DNA of 63,913 nt, counting the filler, from Deltaproteobacteria bacterium (GTDB lineage Bacteria > JAUYMQ01), in the NCBI GenBank assembly GCA_030698575.1. It is 10 parts of 10 records of this genome, joined end to end, with 100 filler letters (N's around TTAATTAATTAA, not from the genome) between each part and the next. Parts side by side here need not be neighbours in the genome. Positions count along the whole stretch, not along the records: positions 17,722 to 36,002 come from JAUYMQ010000268.1; positions 36,103 to 39,648 come from JAUYMQ010000271.1; 8 more parts are not named here. One strand, given 5' to 3'. Below are positions 29,421-38,805 of the stretch, piece after piece (the stretch's first letter is position 1; the number at the start of each line of letters is the position of its first letter). The notes beneath the pieces are model-generated. The model saw only the letters and a program-made list of their open reading frames with translations, had not been told where the DNA came from and made no database searches. The translations under genes and the position numbers were made by a program.

Positions 29421-30251
29421 ATGACCGCGCGAAAGGGGCGTCAGCCGGTCGAACTCGAGAGGGCGCGCAGGAGCGTGAAGGCGCGAATCATGGATGCGTC
29501 TTCCCTCTTTCTGGCCCTCGATTACGACGGAACCCTCGTCCCCATCGTCGCGCGTCCGGAGATGGCCCGTCCGACGGAGGCGACCATCGCGATCCTCGAG
29601 TCGCTCTCGCAGACGCCGGGAATCAAACTGGCGATCGTGTCCGGGCGCAGCCTGGAGGTCCTCCGGCGATTTCTTCCCATCCCCAATCTGATCCTCTCCG
29701 GCCTTCACGGGCTCGAGATCTGGCCCCAGGTGAACCGGGTCGCCTCCCGGACGGACGTTCACGCCGTGCGCGTTGATCTCGACCGGCTGCTCCTCGCGCT
29801 TCAGGAGAAGGTCGGCGGCGGAAATTCTCCGCGCATCGAGGACAAGCGACACGCACTGGCGTTTCACTTTCGTGGCGAGAAGCCGACCGTGGCGGCGCGA
29901 ATGCGAAAAGTTGTGCACGAGGCTTTCGAGGAGATCAAGGAGGGCGCGCGGATAAAGCTCGTTCCGGGGAAGCAGGTGCTCGAGGCGCGAGCCGAGAACG
30001 TGGACAAGGGGGAATCGACGCGGTCGATGTGGGAACAGCTGGCGCCCTCTTCGCTCCCGATCGTCCTTGGCGACGACGTCACCGACGAGGATCTGTTCGG
30101 CGCTTTCTCGGACGTCGGGATCACCGTTCGCGTGGGAAAGGCGGCGCGGAAATCCCAGGCGAGATACTTCCTGAAGAGTCCTGCCGACGTGATCACCTGG
30201 CTCGGCGAGATCCAGGCGATATGGCGCGAGGCGGGGAAAGCGGGGAACTAG
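29421..30251 (+). CDS. otsB: Trehalose-6-phosphate phosphatase
   Basis: LDYDGTL, SGR and GDDVTDED motifs. Confidence 0.93.
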   Translation: MTARKGRQPVELERARRSVKARIMDASSLFLALDYDGTLVPIVARPEMARPTEATIAILESLSQTPGIKLAIVSGRSLEVLRRFLPIPNLILSGLHGLEIWPQVNRVASRTDVHAVRVDLDRLLLALQEKVGGGNSPRIEDKRHALAFHFRGEKPTVAARMRKVVHEAFEEIKEGARIKLVPGKQVLEARAENVDKGESTRSMWEQLAPSSLPIVLGDDVTDEDLFGAFSDVGITVRVGKAARKSQARYFLKSPADVITWLGEIQAIWREAGKAGN

Positions 30252-30391
30252 CGGGCGCGCAGCTCGGCGGCCAGGCGCTCCAGCTCCTGCGCAACCCGGC
30301 GGCTGCGCGTGATGAGACTCGCCGAGTAAGCCGTTACCAGGACACCCACCAGCAGGTAAGCCCAGATCAGATAGCCGAAGTTTTCTTTCAT
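30248..30391 (-). CDS. ccmD: CcmD-like small membrane protein (47 aa, not in the ORF track)
   Basis: MKENFGYLIWAYLLVG...; follows ccmC. Confidence 0.75.
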   Translation of the reverse strand: MKENFGYLIWAYLLVGVLVTAYSASLITRSRRVAQELERLAAELRAR

Positions 30392-30408
30392 CGATTTCCC
30401 TCGGAGGA

Positions 30409-30527
30409 GGTCAGACCCAAGATGGGGTCAGACCCTGTTTTGATTCCCGCCGTAGAGGGCATGAGCCTGGGGTCTGACCCCAGATCTCGATGCAGCAGCC
30501 TGCCAACCCGGAGCGGGTCTGACCCCA
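30409..30527. repeat. Cluster of four GGGTC(A/T)GACCC palindromes
   Basis: Two GTCAGAC copies followed by two GTCTGAC copies. Confidence 0.8.
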
Positions 30528-30531
30528 GAGC

Positions 30532-31290
30532 TTATTGCCGTGACTCACGCAAGCGGCCGCGCAGCGCCGTGGCCAGATCTCTGAGCCTTTCCAGCTCCGC
30601 CCGCACGGCGATGAAGCTCACTGCCAGCAGCGTGAAGGCGGCGAGGGTGACGAGCAGCGTCTGCAGCATTTCCGGCGGAAGCTGCGGGCCCTCGGGATTC
30701 ATGACGACCGGATCGGGGTGGAGGGTGCGCCACCAGCGCACCGAGAGGTGCACCAGCGGGATGTCGAGGAACCCCACGATCCCCACCACCGCCGCGAACC
30801 GCGCGCCGCGCTCTCCCTCGCCGACGAAGGGCCGCAGCAGCAGGTAGCCCAGGAAGATGAGCCACAGGACGAGCGTCGAGGTGAGGCGCGCGTCCCAGGT
30901 CCACCAGGCGCCCCAGATGGGCTTTCCCCAGAACGGGCCCGAGAGCAGGACCGCGGTGCAGAAGATGACTCCCACCTCCGCTCCCGCCAGCGCCAGCAGA
31001 TCCCATGCCCGATCGCGCTTCAGCAGATAGAGGATGCTCGAGATGAAGCAGACGAAGAAGGCCAGGTAGCTCGACCAGGCGCTCGAAACGTGCACGTAGA
31101 AGATCTTCTGAACGATCCCCTGCGTCTTCTCCTCGGGCGCGTAGTTGAAGATCATCACCATGGCACCCATGAGCGCGATGCCGGCCAGGGGAAGGGTCAC
31201 GTTTCTCACGCGCCGGAGGAGGCGATCCATCCGATCCTGCAGGGTGGATCCTCCCCGGGGAAACTCGTGTTCGGCCGTCATGCCCGCCAT
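30532..31290 (-). CDS. ccmC: Heme exporter protein C
   Basis: WGKPIWGAWWTWDARLT (WWD domain) and WWRTLHP. Confidence 0.95.
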   Translation of the reverse strand: MAGMTAEHEFPRGGSTLQDRMDRLLRRVRNVTLPLAGIALMGAMVMIFNYAPEEKTQGIVQKIFYVHVSSAWSSYLAFFVCFISSILYLLKRDRAWDLLALAGAEVGVIFCTAVLLSGPFWGKPIWGAWWTWDARLTSTLVLWLIFLGYLLLRPFVGEGERGARFAAVVGIVGFLDIPLVHLSVRWWRTLHPDPVVMNPEGPQLPPEMLQTLLVTLAAFTLLAVSFIAVRAELERLRDLATALRGRLRESRQ

Positions 31291-31998
31291 TCATTCCTCC
31301 AGAACGTGTTGGAATAGAAAAGTCCCGGCCACCACGAACAGTGCATCACAGAGGACCAGCATCCCGACCCAGGGCAGAACGCTCTCCAGATCCAGTCCCT
31401 CCAGCGCCGCCTGGGTGAGGCGCACCGAGGCTATCAGGACGGGGACGCACGCGGGAAGGAGCAGCAGCGGAAGCATCACCTCGCGGATGCGGGTCTGCGC
31501 CGCCATGGCGGCGAAGAGCGTTCCCGCCGCCACGAAGCCAAAGCTTCCCAGCGCGAGCGGAAGCAGCATCGTGGGGAAGGCGCGCGCGAGGGGAAAGTTG
31601 AAGAGCAGGGCGAACAGGGGGAGCACCGCCGCCTCCGTCACCGCCAGGAATATCAGATTGGCGATAACTTTTCCGAGATAGATGGCCCCCGGATCGGCCG
31701 GAGAGAGGAACAGCGCATCGAGACAACCCTCCTCCTTCTCCGTCACGAACGTCCGGTTCAGCCCGAGCATGCCCGCAAAAACGAAAGCCACCCAGATAAA
31801 GCCCGAGGCCATCCGCTCCACCGCCCCCTGGCCGGGCTCGAACGAGAAATTGAAGGTAACGAGCACAAGGGCCGCGAAGACCACCGTGGCGGAGAAGACC
31901 TCGCGCGTGCGCCACTCGAGGCGCAGATCCTTCCGCACCACGGCGAGCGTCACGGCTCCGAAGGAGGCGCCGGTGCAAGAGATCTTTGCGGCGCTCAT
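31291..31998 (-). CDS. ccmB: Heme exporter protein B
   Basis: KDLRLEWR and EKEEGCL; multi-TM; operon context. Confidence 0.92.
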   Translation of the reverse strand: MSAAKISCTGASFGAVTLAVVRKDLRLEWRTREVFSATVVFAALVLVTFNFSFEPGQGAVERMASGFIWVAFVFAGMLGLNRTFVTEKEEGCLDALFLSPADPGAIYLGKVIANLIFLAVTEAAVLPLFALLFNFPLARAFPTMLLPLALGSFGFVAAGTLFAAMAAQTRIREVMLPLLLLPACVPVLIASVRLTQAALEGLDLESVLPWVGMLVLCDALFVVAGTFLFQHVLEE

Positions 31999-32726
31999 CG
32001 CCGGCTCCCCACGAGCGCAGCGTAGCGCGCCTTGAAACCGTCGGCATCGCCGCCGGGCGCGTCCTCTTCGAGGGAGATGCGTCCTTCAGTCAGCACGGCC
32101 ATTCGGTCCGCCGCCCTCAATCCCACGTCGATCTGATGGGTCGTCATGACGAGTGTGCGGGATCCATCGTGCAGCGAAGCCAGCAGATCGACGAAGAGCC
32201 CCACCGCCCGGTCGTCCAGCCCGGAGGTGGGCTCGTCCAGAAGGAGCACCTCGGGATCGTGAAGCAGCGATCGCGCGATGGAGAGGCGTTGCGTCATTCC
32301 GTGGGAGAGCGTCCGCACCGGATCCCCCCGGCGCTCGAGGAGCTCCACGCCGGCCAGCACCTCCTCGATGCGCGCATCGAGGGCGGGAAGCCCATAGAGC
32401 GTCCCGAAGAACCTGAGATTCTCTTCCGCCGATAGATCGCGGTACAGCTGCGCCTCGTGCGAGACGAGCCCGATGCGCGCCCTCATCGCCGGTTCCGGGC
32501 GCCCCGGCTTTCCACCCAGCAGGCGGACCGTGCCTCCTGACGGGCGCGCCAGCCCGGCGAGGATCTTGAGGAGCGTCGTCTTCCCCGCGCCGTTCGGACC
32601 GAGCAGCGCGAGAAAGCTTCCTTGCGGAACGCGTAGTTCAACGTTGCGCAGGACCACGTGCGGGCCGAAGCTCTTCGAGATGCCGGTGGCCTCGAGGGCG
32701 GGCCACACGGCGCTGGCCACACTCAA
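31995..32726 (-). CDS. ccmA: Heme ABC exporter ATP-binding protein
   Basis: GPNGAGKT, LSHGM and LLLDEP; operon context. Confidence 0.9.
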   Translation of the reverse strand: MSVASAVWPALEATGISKSFGPHVVLRNVELRVPQGSFLALLGPNGAGKTTLLKILAGLARPSGGTVRLLGGKPGRPEPAMRARIGLVSHEAQLYRDLSAEENLRFFGTLYGLPALDARIEEVLAGVELLERRGDPVRTLSHGMTQRLSIARSLLHDPEVLLLDEPTSGLDDRAVGLFVDLLASLHDGSRTLVMTTHQIDVGLRAADRMAVLTEGRISLEEDAPGGDADGFKARYAALVGSRR

Positions 32727-33400
32727 TCGCTACTCCCGGCTCTTGGCGACGCAGAGGTCGAATCCCCGGCGGGCAGGTCCGAGCTCGAAAGTTTCTCCCT
32801 CGCCTTCGCTGCCTTTTTCCCTTCGGGGTCCAGCGCCAGGTACTGCCCATAGAACTTCCGCGCCCTGTCGTAGCGTCCAGCCTCTTCCTCGAGAAGGGCG
32901 AGGTTGTAGGCGGCCGCCGGATGCGGCGTGGCGCCGGTGAGGGCTACGAGGAATGCGGCGCGGGCCGCGGTGTCCTCGCCCAGGGCCGCTAGCGCGATCC
33001 CGAGATTGACCTGCGCGGGAAGGTTGGCAGGCTCGATGGCGACGACGCGCCGGTAGAGATCCTTCGCCGTCGAGAAGCTGCCCGCATCGGAGGCTGCATG
33101 ACCGCGCGCCAGGAGCGACTCCACGTTCTCGTCCTCCTGCGTTGTTCCGGAGGGAAGTGCGTCGGGCTCGAAGCTCCGCGTCGGTATCAGCCCCCGTCCC
33201 AGCATCAGCCCGGCCAGGAGCCCGAGGCCCCAGGCGATGAGTAGAAGTCGTATGCCCGCGGGAGCGCGCCGGCTCGTAACCTCTTCCTTTGCGGACCCGC
33301 CCGCTTTTTCGTCGATGGTCGTGCCGCACTTGCCGCAGAAACGCACGCCCATCGGCATCCCGGCACCGCAGGCGTGGCAGACCACACCAAAGGGGCTCAT
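32723..33400 (-). CDS. Zinc-ribbon, TM and TPR protein
   Basis: CHAC...CGKC, a TM segment and TPR repeats. Confidence 0.75.
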   Translation of the reverse strand: MSPFGVVCHACGAGMPMGVRFCGKCGTTIDEKAGGSAKEEVTSRRAPAGIRLLLIAWGLGLLAGLMLGRGLIPTRSFEPDALPSGTTQEDENVESLLARGHAASDAGSFSTAKDLYRRVVAIEPANLPAQVNLGIALAALGEDTAARAAFLVALTGATPHPAAAYNLALLEEEAGRYDRARKFYGQYLALDPEGKKAAKAREKLSSSDLPAGDSTSASPRAGSSD

Positions 33401-33418
33401 CGCGTGCCTCCAGCGGAT

Positions 33419-33550
33419 GGGGTCAGGCTTGACTTATTGACTTGTTGAGCGTTGCGACATCTCATAACTACCAGGAAGATCAATGGTTCGAGTGAAATTC
33501 GACGGTCGGGTTCAACAAGTTAAATAAGTCAATAAGTCAAGCCTGACCCC
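33419..33550. mobile_element. 132-bp MITE-like element with 25-bp perfect terminal inverted repeats
   Basis: GGGGTCAGGCTTGACTTATTGACTT ... AAGTCAATAAGTCAAGCCTGACCCC; AT-rich relative to flanks. Confidence 0.75.
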
Positions 33551-33552
33551 GG

Positions 33553-34911
33553 TTACGAGGCGAGCCGGCGCCCGCGGCTGATTACCCAGCCGAGGCCGAG
33601 GCCCGTCGTCAGCAGCCCGCCCGCGATCCATCCCATCTGGCGCGCGGAGAAGCCAATCGCCTGGAGCCCGCCCGCGATCCGGGCCTCCAGGGGCGCTTCC
33701 TTGGCGAAGGGGCCGCCCGCCATGACCAGGAATTTGCGGCCGTCGATGTTCACGGTTCGCTGCTCGGGGAGGGCCTTCGCGCTCACCTCCAGGCCCTGAT
33801 CGAGGGGAACGGCCACGCTGAATGACCCGGTTGGGAAGGAGAGGCGCCGATCGAGCGGCGTTCCCCAGATCGTGCGAGGGAGATTGTAGCCCAGCATGAA
33901 CTGCGTCGTCCCCGGGGGTACGGGGAAGGCAAGGTGAAACCCGTTCTCGGCGGGATTGAAGATGCGTCGCGTGAGCCAATCCGGCGTGTTGAGCTCGCGA
34001 TACCCGGGGGGCAGTGTAAGGAAGAAGCCGTGCCCGGTGGGGGAGGAAGGCTGGAGCTTCCCCAGGAAGGTGCGGCTGCCGGTGTTCTCGAGAATGACGA
34101 TCTCGGTGGCGTTGATCGCCTCGGAGCTCCCTTGAAGGATGAGGTGATTGCTCCGGATGCTGACGTCGTCGTCGGAGGTCGTGGTCTCGTAGACGGAGAG
34201 ATCCAACGTCGCGCGAGGTGCCTCGTCAGTGACCCGGATACCCCGCTGCGCATAAGGGACGTCGCGGTAGAAGGCCCCCAGGGTGTATTCCCCCAGTGCG
34301 ACGTCCTCGAAGCGAAAACGCCCCTCTCGGCCCGACTTCGTTTCGGCGGTCGGCGTATCCGACCCTCCCTGGAGCAAGATCACTTTGACCCCGACCACCG
34401 CTTCCTGGGTCGTTCCATTGACGATCCTTCCGGCGATCTCGCCGGCACGGGCCGGGGAGGTGTGCAACAGGCCCGAACTCACGAGAACGATCAGGAGGGT
34501 CAGCACGGCGGTCTGCGTGTGTCCGCAACTCGTGCAAAAGCGATGCGCCTTGTCGAGAGAACGCCCGCAGCTGGAGCATTTTCGGGCCTGGTCCTTTTCG
34601 GCGGTGTCAGCGTCGAGGCCCGCGGAGGGAGCAGCCGCCCGGAGCCGGTCGATTTCCTGCATGAGTGCCATGGCGTGCGCCCGGTAACGCGCCATGAAGC
34701 GCCCGTAGTCCTCGTCCGAAACCACGCCCGTCTTATGGTCGAACTCGAGCTCCGTGATAGCGAGCAACACGCCTTCCTTCTCACGCAGGAGGGCGTCGGC
34801 GGGGAGCTGTGACGTTTCGCCTGGCCATGCCTGCCGCCGGGTCAGCGGTCGGAGCACGAAGTAGAGTGCTAGCAGGGCCAGCAGGCCGGCGAGAATCTGG
34901 GCTCCCATCAC
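33553..34911 (-). CDS. CcmI-like TM/zinc-ribbon region fused to a carboxypeptidase-regulatory-like domain
   Basis: ELEFDHKTG.VS.EDY, CSSC...CTSC, GRIVNGT...GRFRF. Confidence 0.7.
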   Translation of the reverse strand: MMGAQILAGLLALLALYFVLRPLTRRQAWPGETSQLPADALLREKEGVLLAITELEFDHKTGVVSDEDYGRFMARYRAHAMALMQEIDRLRAAAPSAGLDADTAEKDQARKCSSCGRSLDKAHRFCTSCGHTQTAVLTLLIVLVSSGLLHTSPARAGEIAGRIVNGTTQEAVVGVKVILLQGGSDTPTAETKSGREGRFRFEDVALGEYTLGAFYRDVPYAQRGIRVTDEAPRATLDLSVYETTTSDDDVSIRSNHLILQGSSEAINATEIVILENTGSRTFLGKLQPSSPTGHGFFLTLPPGYRELNTPDWLTRRIFNPAENGFHLAFPVPPGTTQFMLGYNLPRTIWGTPLDRRLSFPTGSFSVAVPLDQGLEVSAKALPEQRTVNIDGRKFLVMAGGPFAKEAPLEARIAGGLQAIGFSARQMGWIAGGLLTTGLGLGWVISRGRRLAS

Positions 34912-35456
34912 CGTTCGAACCGCGATAGTTCTTCATCCAGCCGCCGCTCGTAAGCGGAAGAGACGGCCGCACCGTTCGGGGAAGGCTCCGGGGATTCCGG
35001 GGCCGCGGATTCTTTTCCTCGGGCAGGCGACACGAACCGGCGCGCGACCCGCACCACCCACCATCCTCCCAGCGCAAGGGCGAGGAAGGGTGCAATCCAG
35101 GACAGGCGATCGAGCCAGTTGGAGGTGCCGGGGCTCGCGAGCACGCGTATGCCGTAACGCTTGACCAGGGCCTCCAGGATCTCCGTCTTGGTCATGCCCG
35201 CGGCAATCATGCTATCGAGCTCCTTGCGCATGTTGTCGGAGAAGCCGCAGACGCAGTTGGCGAGCAGCTTTCCGCAGTTGTCCTCGCAGGGGCAATTGAC
35301 CCCTGCCTCGATCTCCTTCCGATCGACCGGCGCGGCAGCCGCGGCGGGAGCGACCTCCTCGGCGGCGAAGCACGCCGGCCCGGCGGGCACCAGCACGGCG
35401 CCCGCCAGGAACAGGGTCACAAGAAGGATCGCAACATGGAGGTTACGGCGCGTCAT
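34908..35456 (-). CDS. ccmH: Cytochrome c biogenesis protein CcmH
   Basis: CPC...C...CVC, YGIRVLASP and WIAP; follows ccmF. Confidence 0.8.
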   Translation of the reverse strand: MTRRNLHVAILLVTLFLAGAVLVPAGPACFAAEEVAPAAAAAPVDRKEIEAGVNCPCEDNCGKLLANCVCGFSDNMRKELDSMIAAGMTKTEILEALVKRYGIRVLASPGTSNWLDRLSWIAPFLALALGGWWVVRVARRFVSPARGKESAAPESPEPSPNGAAVSSAYERRLDEELSRFER

Positions 35457-35462
35457 GGGCCA

Positions 35463-36002
35463 TCACACGTACCTGGGGATGAGCTGCCGCCGCTCACTGG
35501 CGTCTGGCCACATGGTGATGACCGTGCCCAGGGCAAAAATGAGCCCACCGATCCAGATCCATTGAACGAGCGGGTTCACGTAGACCTTGAAGGTGACCGA
35601 GCCGTCGGCCGAGACCGCGGCCAGGGCCAGGTACAGATCCTCGCGCAGCGAGGACCGGATTGCCACCTCGGTCGTAGGCTGCTGGCTGGCCAGGTAGAAG
35701 TTCTTGGCGGGCACCATCACGCCCGTGAGCCGGGTTCCCTCGAAGACTTCGAAGCGGGCCTTGGCCCATTCGTGATTCGCGTCGCGCCCGGTCTCGACCC
35801 CCTGGTAGCGAAGCGTGTAATTTCCCACCTCGACCGTCTCGCCCGGGTTGAGTGTGGCTTCCCGCTCGGAGTTGAAGGCCGTCCCCGTGATCCCGACGAA
35901 GATCGCGACCATTCCCACGTGGACCACGTAGCCGCCATAACGCCGCCGATTCTTCCTGACCAGCCGGCTGAGCGCCGTCAAGGTGCTCTCGCCGAACTGC
36001 CG
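35463..36002 (-). CDS. ccmF: Heme lyase CcmF (5' partial)
   Basis: RRYGGYVVHVG, TTEVAI, DLY and NPLVQWIWIG motifs. Confidence 0.93.
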   Translation of the reverse strand, partial: RQFGESTLTALSRLVRKNRRRYGGYVVHVGMVAIFVGITGTAFNSEREATLNPGETVEVGNYTLRYQGVETGRDANHEWAKARFEVFEGTRLTGVMVPAKNFYLASQQPTTEVAIRSSLREDLYLALAAVSADGSVTFKVYVNPLVQWIWIGGLIFALGTVITMWPDASERRQLIPRYV

Positions 36003-36102
36003 NNNNNNNNNNNNNNNNNNNNNNNNNNNNNNNNNNNNNNNNNNNNTTAATTAATTAANNNNNNNNNNNNNNNNNNNNNNNNNNNNNNNNNNNNNNNNNN
36101 NN

Positions 36103-36802
36103 CGAGATCATGAACGAGGACGGCACCATGGCGCGGCTCGCCGATCTCGAGCAGTTCGCCGACCTGCACGACCTCAAGATCGTGACCATCGCTGATCTCA
36201 TCCAATATCGGCTGCGGCTCGAGAAGCTCATTCACCGCGTGGGTGAGGCGCGGCTCCCCACGCGCTTCGGAGGCGAGTTCACCGCGGCGGTGTACACGAG
36301 CGACGCCTCGCCGGGCGAGCACCTGGCGCTCATCAAGGGCGAGGTGCGGCCCGAAGAGCCCACGCTCGTGCGCGTGCACTCGCAATACCTCGCGGGCGAC
36401 GTCTTCGGATTCATCGAGCGCGACACGGGCGCGCTGCTTCGACGCTCGATGGAGCTCATCGAGGCCGAGGGGAAGGGCGTGATCCTCTATCTCCGCCACG
36501 ACCGGGCCCACATGGACATCGCGGAGATCATCGCCGCTAACGAGGGGAGTGCGGAGCTCCCGGCGGGCACGCCGACGCCCGGGGTGTCGCAGCGCATGAG
36601 CTACCGCGACTTCGGCCTTGGCGCGCAGATCCTCCGCGACATCGGCGTGCGCAAGATGAAACTCCTGAGCAACCGCCCCCCCAAGCTGGTCGGCCTCTCG
36701 GGCTACGGTCTAGAGATCGTCGAGACCGTGCCGCTCGACGCCGGGGCAGCGGCGGCCGCCGCCAGCGGCGACGCCGGCGGGCAGGTTATCCCCATCCGCT
36801 GA
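36103..36802 (+). CDS. ribB: DHBP synthase fused to a degenerate GTP cyclohydrolase II domain (RibBX-like, 5' partial)
   Basis: EIMNEDGTMAR; RVHSQYLAGDVFG lacking the zinc cysteines; GAQILRDIGV. Confidence 0.88.
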
Positions 36803-36820
36803 ACGAGGACCCTGTCTACT

Positions 36821-37603
36821 TTGAACAACCTTGATCGCGCGAACCCCTTCGATGGCTTCGGCAAGGTGCGGGCGATCACGCTCGACATGGGGTGGACGCT
36901 CGCCTATCCCTCGCCTGGACTGTGGGAAACTCTCTCGGACATCTGCAACGACGTGGGGCGGCCGCGCAGCGCCGAGGCCTGCGAGGCGGCGGCCGGGGCG
37001 CTGGCGATCGCCGCGCAACAGATGGCGGTGGCGCGCTTCGACGGTGCGCGCGCATATTCGGACTCGGACGAGAAGTTTCGCGCGGGCTTCCGCGCGCTGA
37101 GCCAGACGGTGTTCGCGCAGGCGGGCGTGGACGACGAGGAGGGAGAACTCTTCCGCCGCTTCTTCCAGCTTTTCAACGACATCGAGCGCTGGCGGGTCTA
37201 CCCCGACGTGGCGCCCTTTCTCGAAGCGGCGCGCGAGGCTGGCGTGCGGGTGGGCCTCATCTCAAACGCGGGAACGGGCCTTGTGGAGACCATCCGCGCC
37301 GTGGGTCTCGATCGCCACCTCGACGTCGCGACGATCTCGGCGGCGGAAGGTATCCGCAAGCCCGACCGCCGCATCTACGCGCTGACGCTCGAGCGGCTGG
37401 GCGTTCAGCCCGAAGAGGCGCTCCACGTCGGCGACTTCTACCTGGAAGACGTCGTGGGGCCGCGCCAGATCGGGCTGCGCGGGGTGCTCATCGACCGGGG
37501 CGCCAACTCGCTCTTCCCGAACTTTCCGCAACAGGACCACCACGAGGATCCCGATCTTCACGTCATCCGCTCGCTGGATGAGCTGCGGCCGGTGCTGAGT
37601 TGA
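36821..37603 (+). CDS. HAD-superfamily hydrolase
   Basis: DMGWTL, ISN, KPD and HVGD...D motifs. Confidence 0.88.
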   Translation: MNNLDRANPFDGFGKVRAITLDMGWTLAYPSPGLWETLSDICNDVGRPRSAEACEAAAGALAIAAQQMAVARFDGARAYSDSDEKFRAGFRALSQTVFAQAGVDDEEGELFRRFFQLFNDIERWRVYPDVAPFLEAAREAGVRVGLISNAGTGLVETIRAVGLDRHLDVATISAAEGIRKPDRRIYALTLERLGVQPEEALHVGDFYLEDVVGPRQIGLRGVLIDRGANSLFPNFPQQDHHEDPDLHVIRSLDELRPVLS

Positions 37604-37653
37604 TCAAGGCGTGAGCTGACACGGCTCCGCGAGGCCGCGCGTGGGAGGCGCCG

Positions 37654-38598
37654 ATGGTGCAGCAGCTCGATTTCGGCGCACAGCTCACGGCCTTTGAGCC
37701 CGGCCCCGCCCGCGCGATTGCGCGGCGTGTCGAAGCGCTCGGCTACGACAGCCTCTGGGTTCCCGATCACCTCTCCTTTCACTATCCGATATATGAGGGG
37801 CTCTCCCACCTGGCGTTCATGGCCGCGGCGACAGGGCGCGTGCGCCTGGGCACCGGGGTTCTCCTCCTGCCTTTGCGCTCGGCAGGGCTTGCCGCCAAGC
37901 AACTCGCGACCATCGACGCGCTTTCGGGCGGGCGCATCATCGTAGGTGTGGGCGTGGGGGGTGAGGCGCGCATCGAGTATGACCTCTGCGGCGTTCCGCA
38001 CAACGAGCGTGGCGCCCGGGCGAGCGAGGCGATTCGCGTGCTCCGGCTTCTCTGGTCGGGCGAGGCGGTGGACTTCGAGGGGCGCTTCAGCAGCTTCCAG
38101 GGGGCGCGCATCGATCCGCCGCCCGTGCAGAAGGGCGGACCGCCCATCTGGGTGGGCGGGCGTTCGGCCGCGGCGCTCCGGCGCGCGGCAACGCTCGGCG
38201 ACGGCTACATCTCCTACGTGCTGACCCCCGAGAGAATTCGCGGCGCCTTCGAGACGATCCAGCGCGAGGCCGACGCGGCCGGGCGCGCGCTCGAGAACTT
38301 CCAGCTCGCCCACCTCTTCTTCATCAACGTGAAGCCCACCTACGAGGAGGCGCTCGACGAGTCGGCCGCCATTCTGACGTCGCGTTACCGGCAGGACTTC
38401 CGTGAGCCCTCGCGCAAGTACAACGTGCTCGGCCCGCCGGCCGACTGCGCCGCCCAGCTCCGGAAGTATGCCGACGCGGGCGTGCGCCACTTCATCCTTT
38501 CGCCCACCGTTCCCAAGGAAGCGCTCGGCGATCAGTTCGAACTGCTCGCCCGCGAAGTCATCCCGCAGCTTCGCATGTCATTGCGAGAAGGGCCGTAG
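37654..38598 (+). CDS. Luciferase-like (LLM) flavin/F420-dependent oxidoreductase
   Basis: DSLWVPDH, RLGTGV, SGGR and PPIWVGG motifs. Confidence 0.9.
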   Translation: MVQQLDFGAQLTAFEPGPARAIARRVEALGYDSLWVPDHLSFHYPIYEGLSHLAFMAAATGRVRLGTGVLLLPLRSAGLAAKQLATIDALSGGRIIVGVGVGGEARIEYDLCGVPHNERGARASEAIRVLRLLWSGEAVDFEGRFSSFQGARIDPPPVQKGGPPIWVGGRSAAALRRAATLGDGYISYVLTPERIRGAFETIQREADAAGRALENFQLAHLFFINVKPTYEEALDESAAILTSRYRQDFREPSRKYNVLGPPADCAAQLRKYADAGVRHFILSPTVPKEALGDQFELLAREVIPQLRMSLREGP

Positions 38599-38729
38599 GC
38601 CCGACGAAGCAATCCCCCGGCAGCCTGCCGCATGTCATTGCGAGCCGCCTCCTCCGAATGTCATTGCGAGTCGCCCCTCCTGTTGTCATTGCGAGGAGCG
38701 CAGCGACGAAGCAATCCCCCGGCAGCCTG
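38576..38729. repeat. Cluster of TGTCATTGCGAG (x4) and CGACGAAGCAATCCCCCGGCAGCCTG (x2) repeats
   Basis: Directly visible; the first copy overlaps the 3' end of the LLM gene. Confidence 0.85.
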
Positions 38730-38805
38730 GGCCCGCGCTTGCCCCCTCGCCCCGGCCTGCGCTAGCATGGTTCTTATATTTCCCGGCCCGCCCCGAGTGA
38801 CCCTG

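Noticed and set aside
30409-30527. Possible mini-CRISPR array
   Set aside because: Repeats are only about 11-13 nt, switch orientation, have irregular spacers, and no cas genes are present
38576-38729. Possible CRISPR array, or Cys/His-rich peptide ORFs (CHCE repeats)
   Set aside because: Explained by the dispersed palindromic element; the translations are by-products
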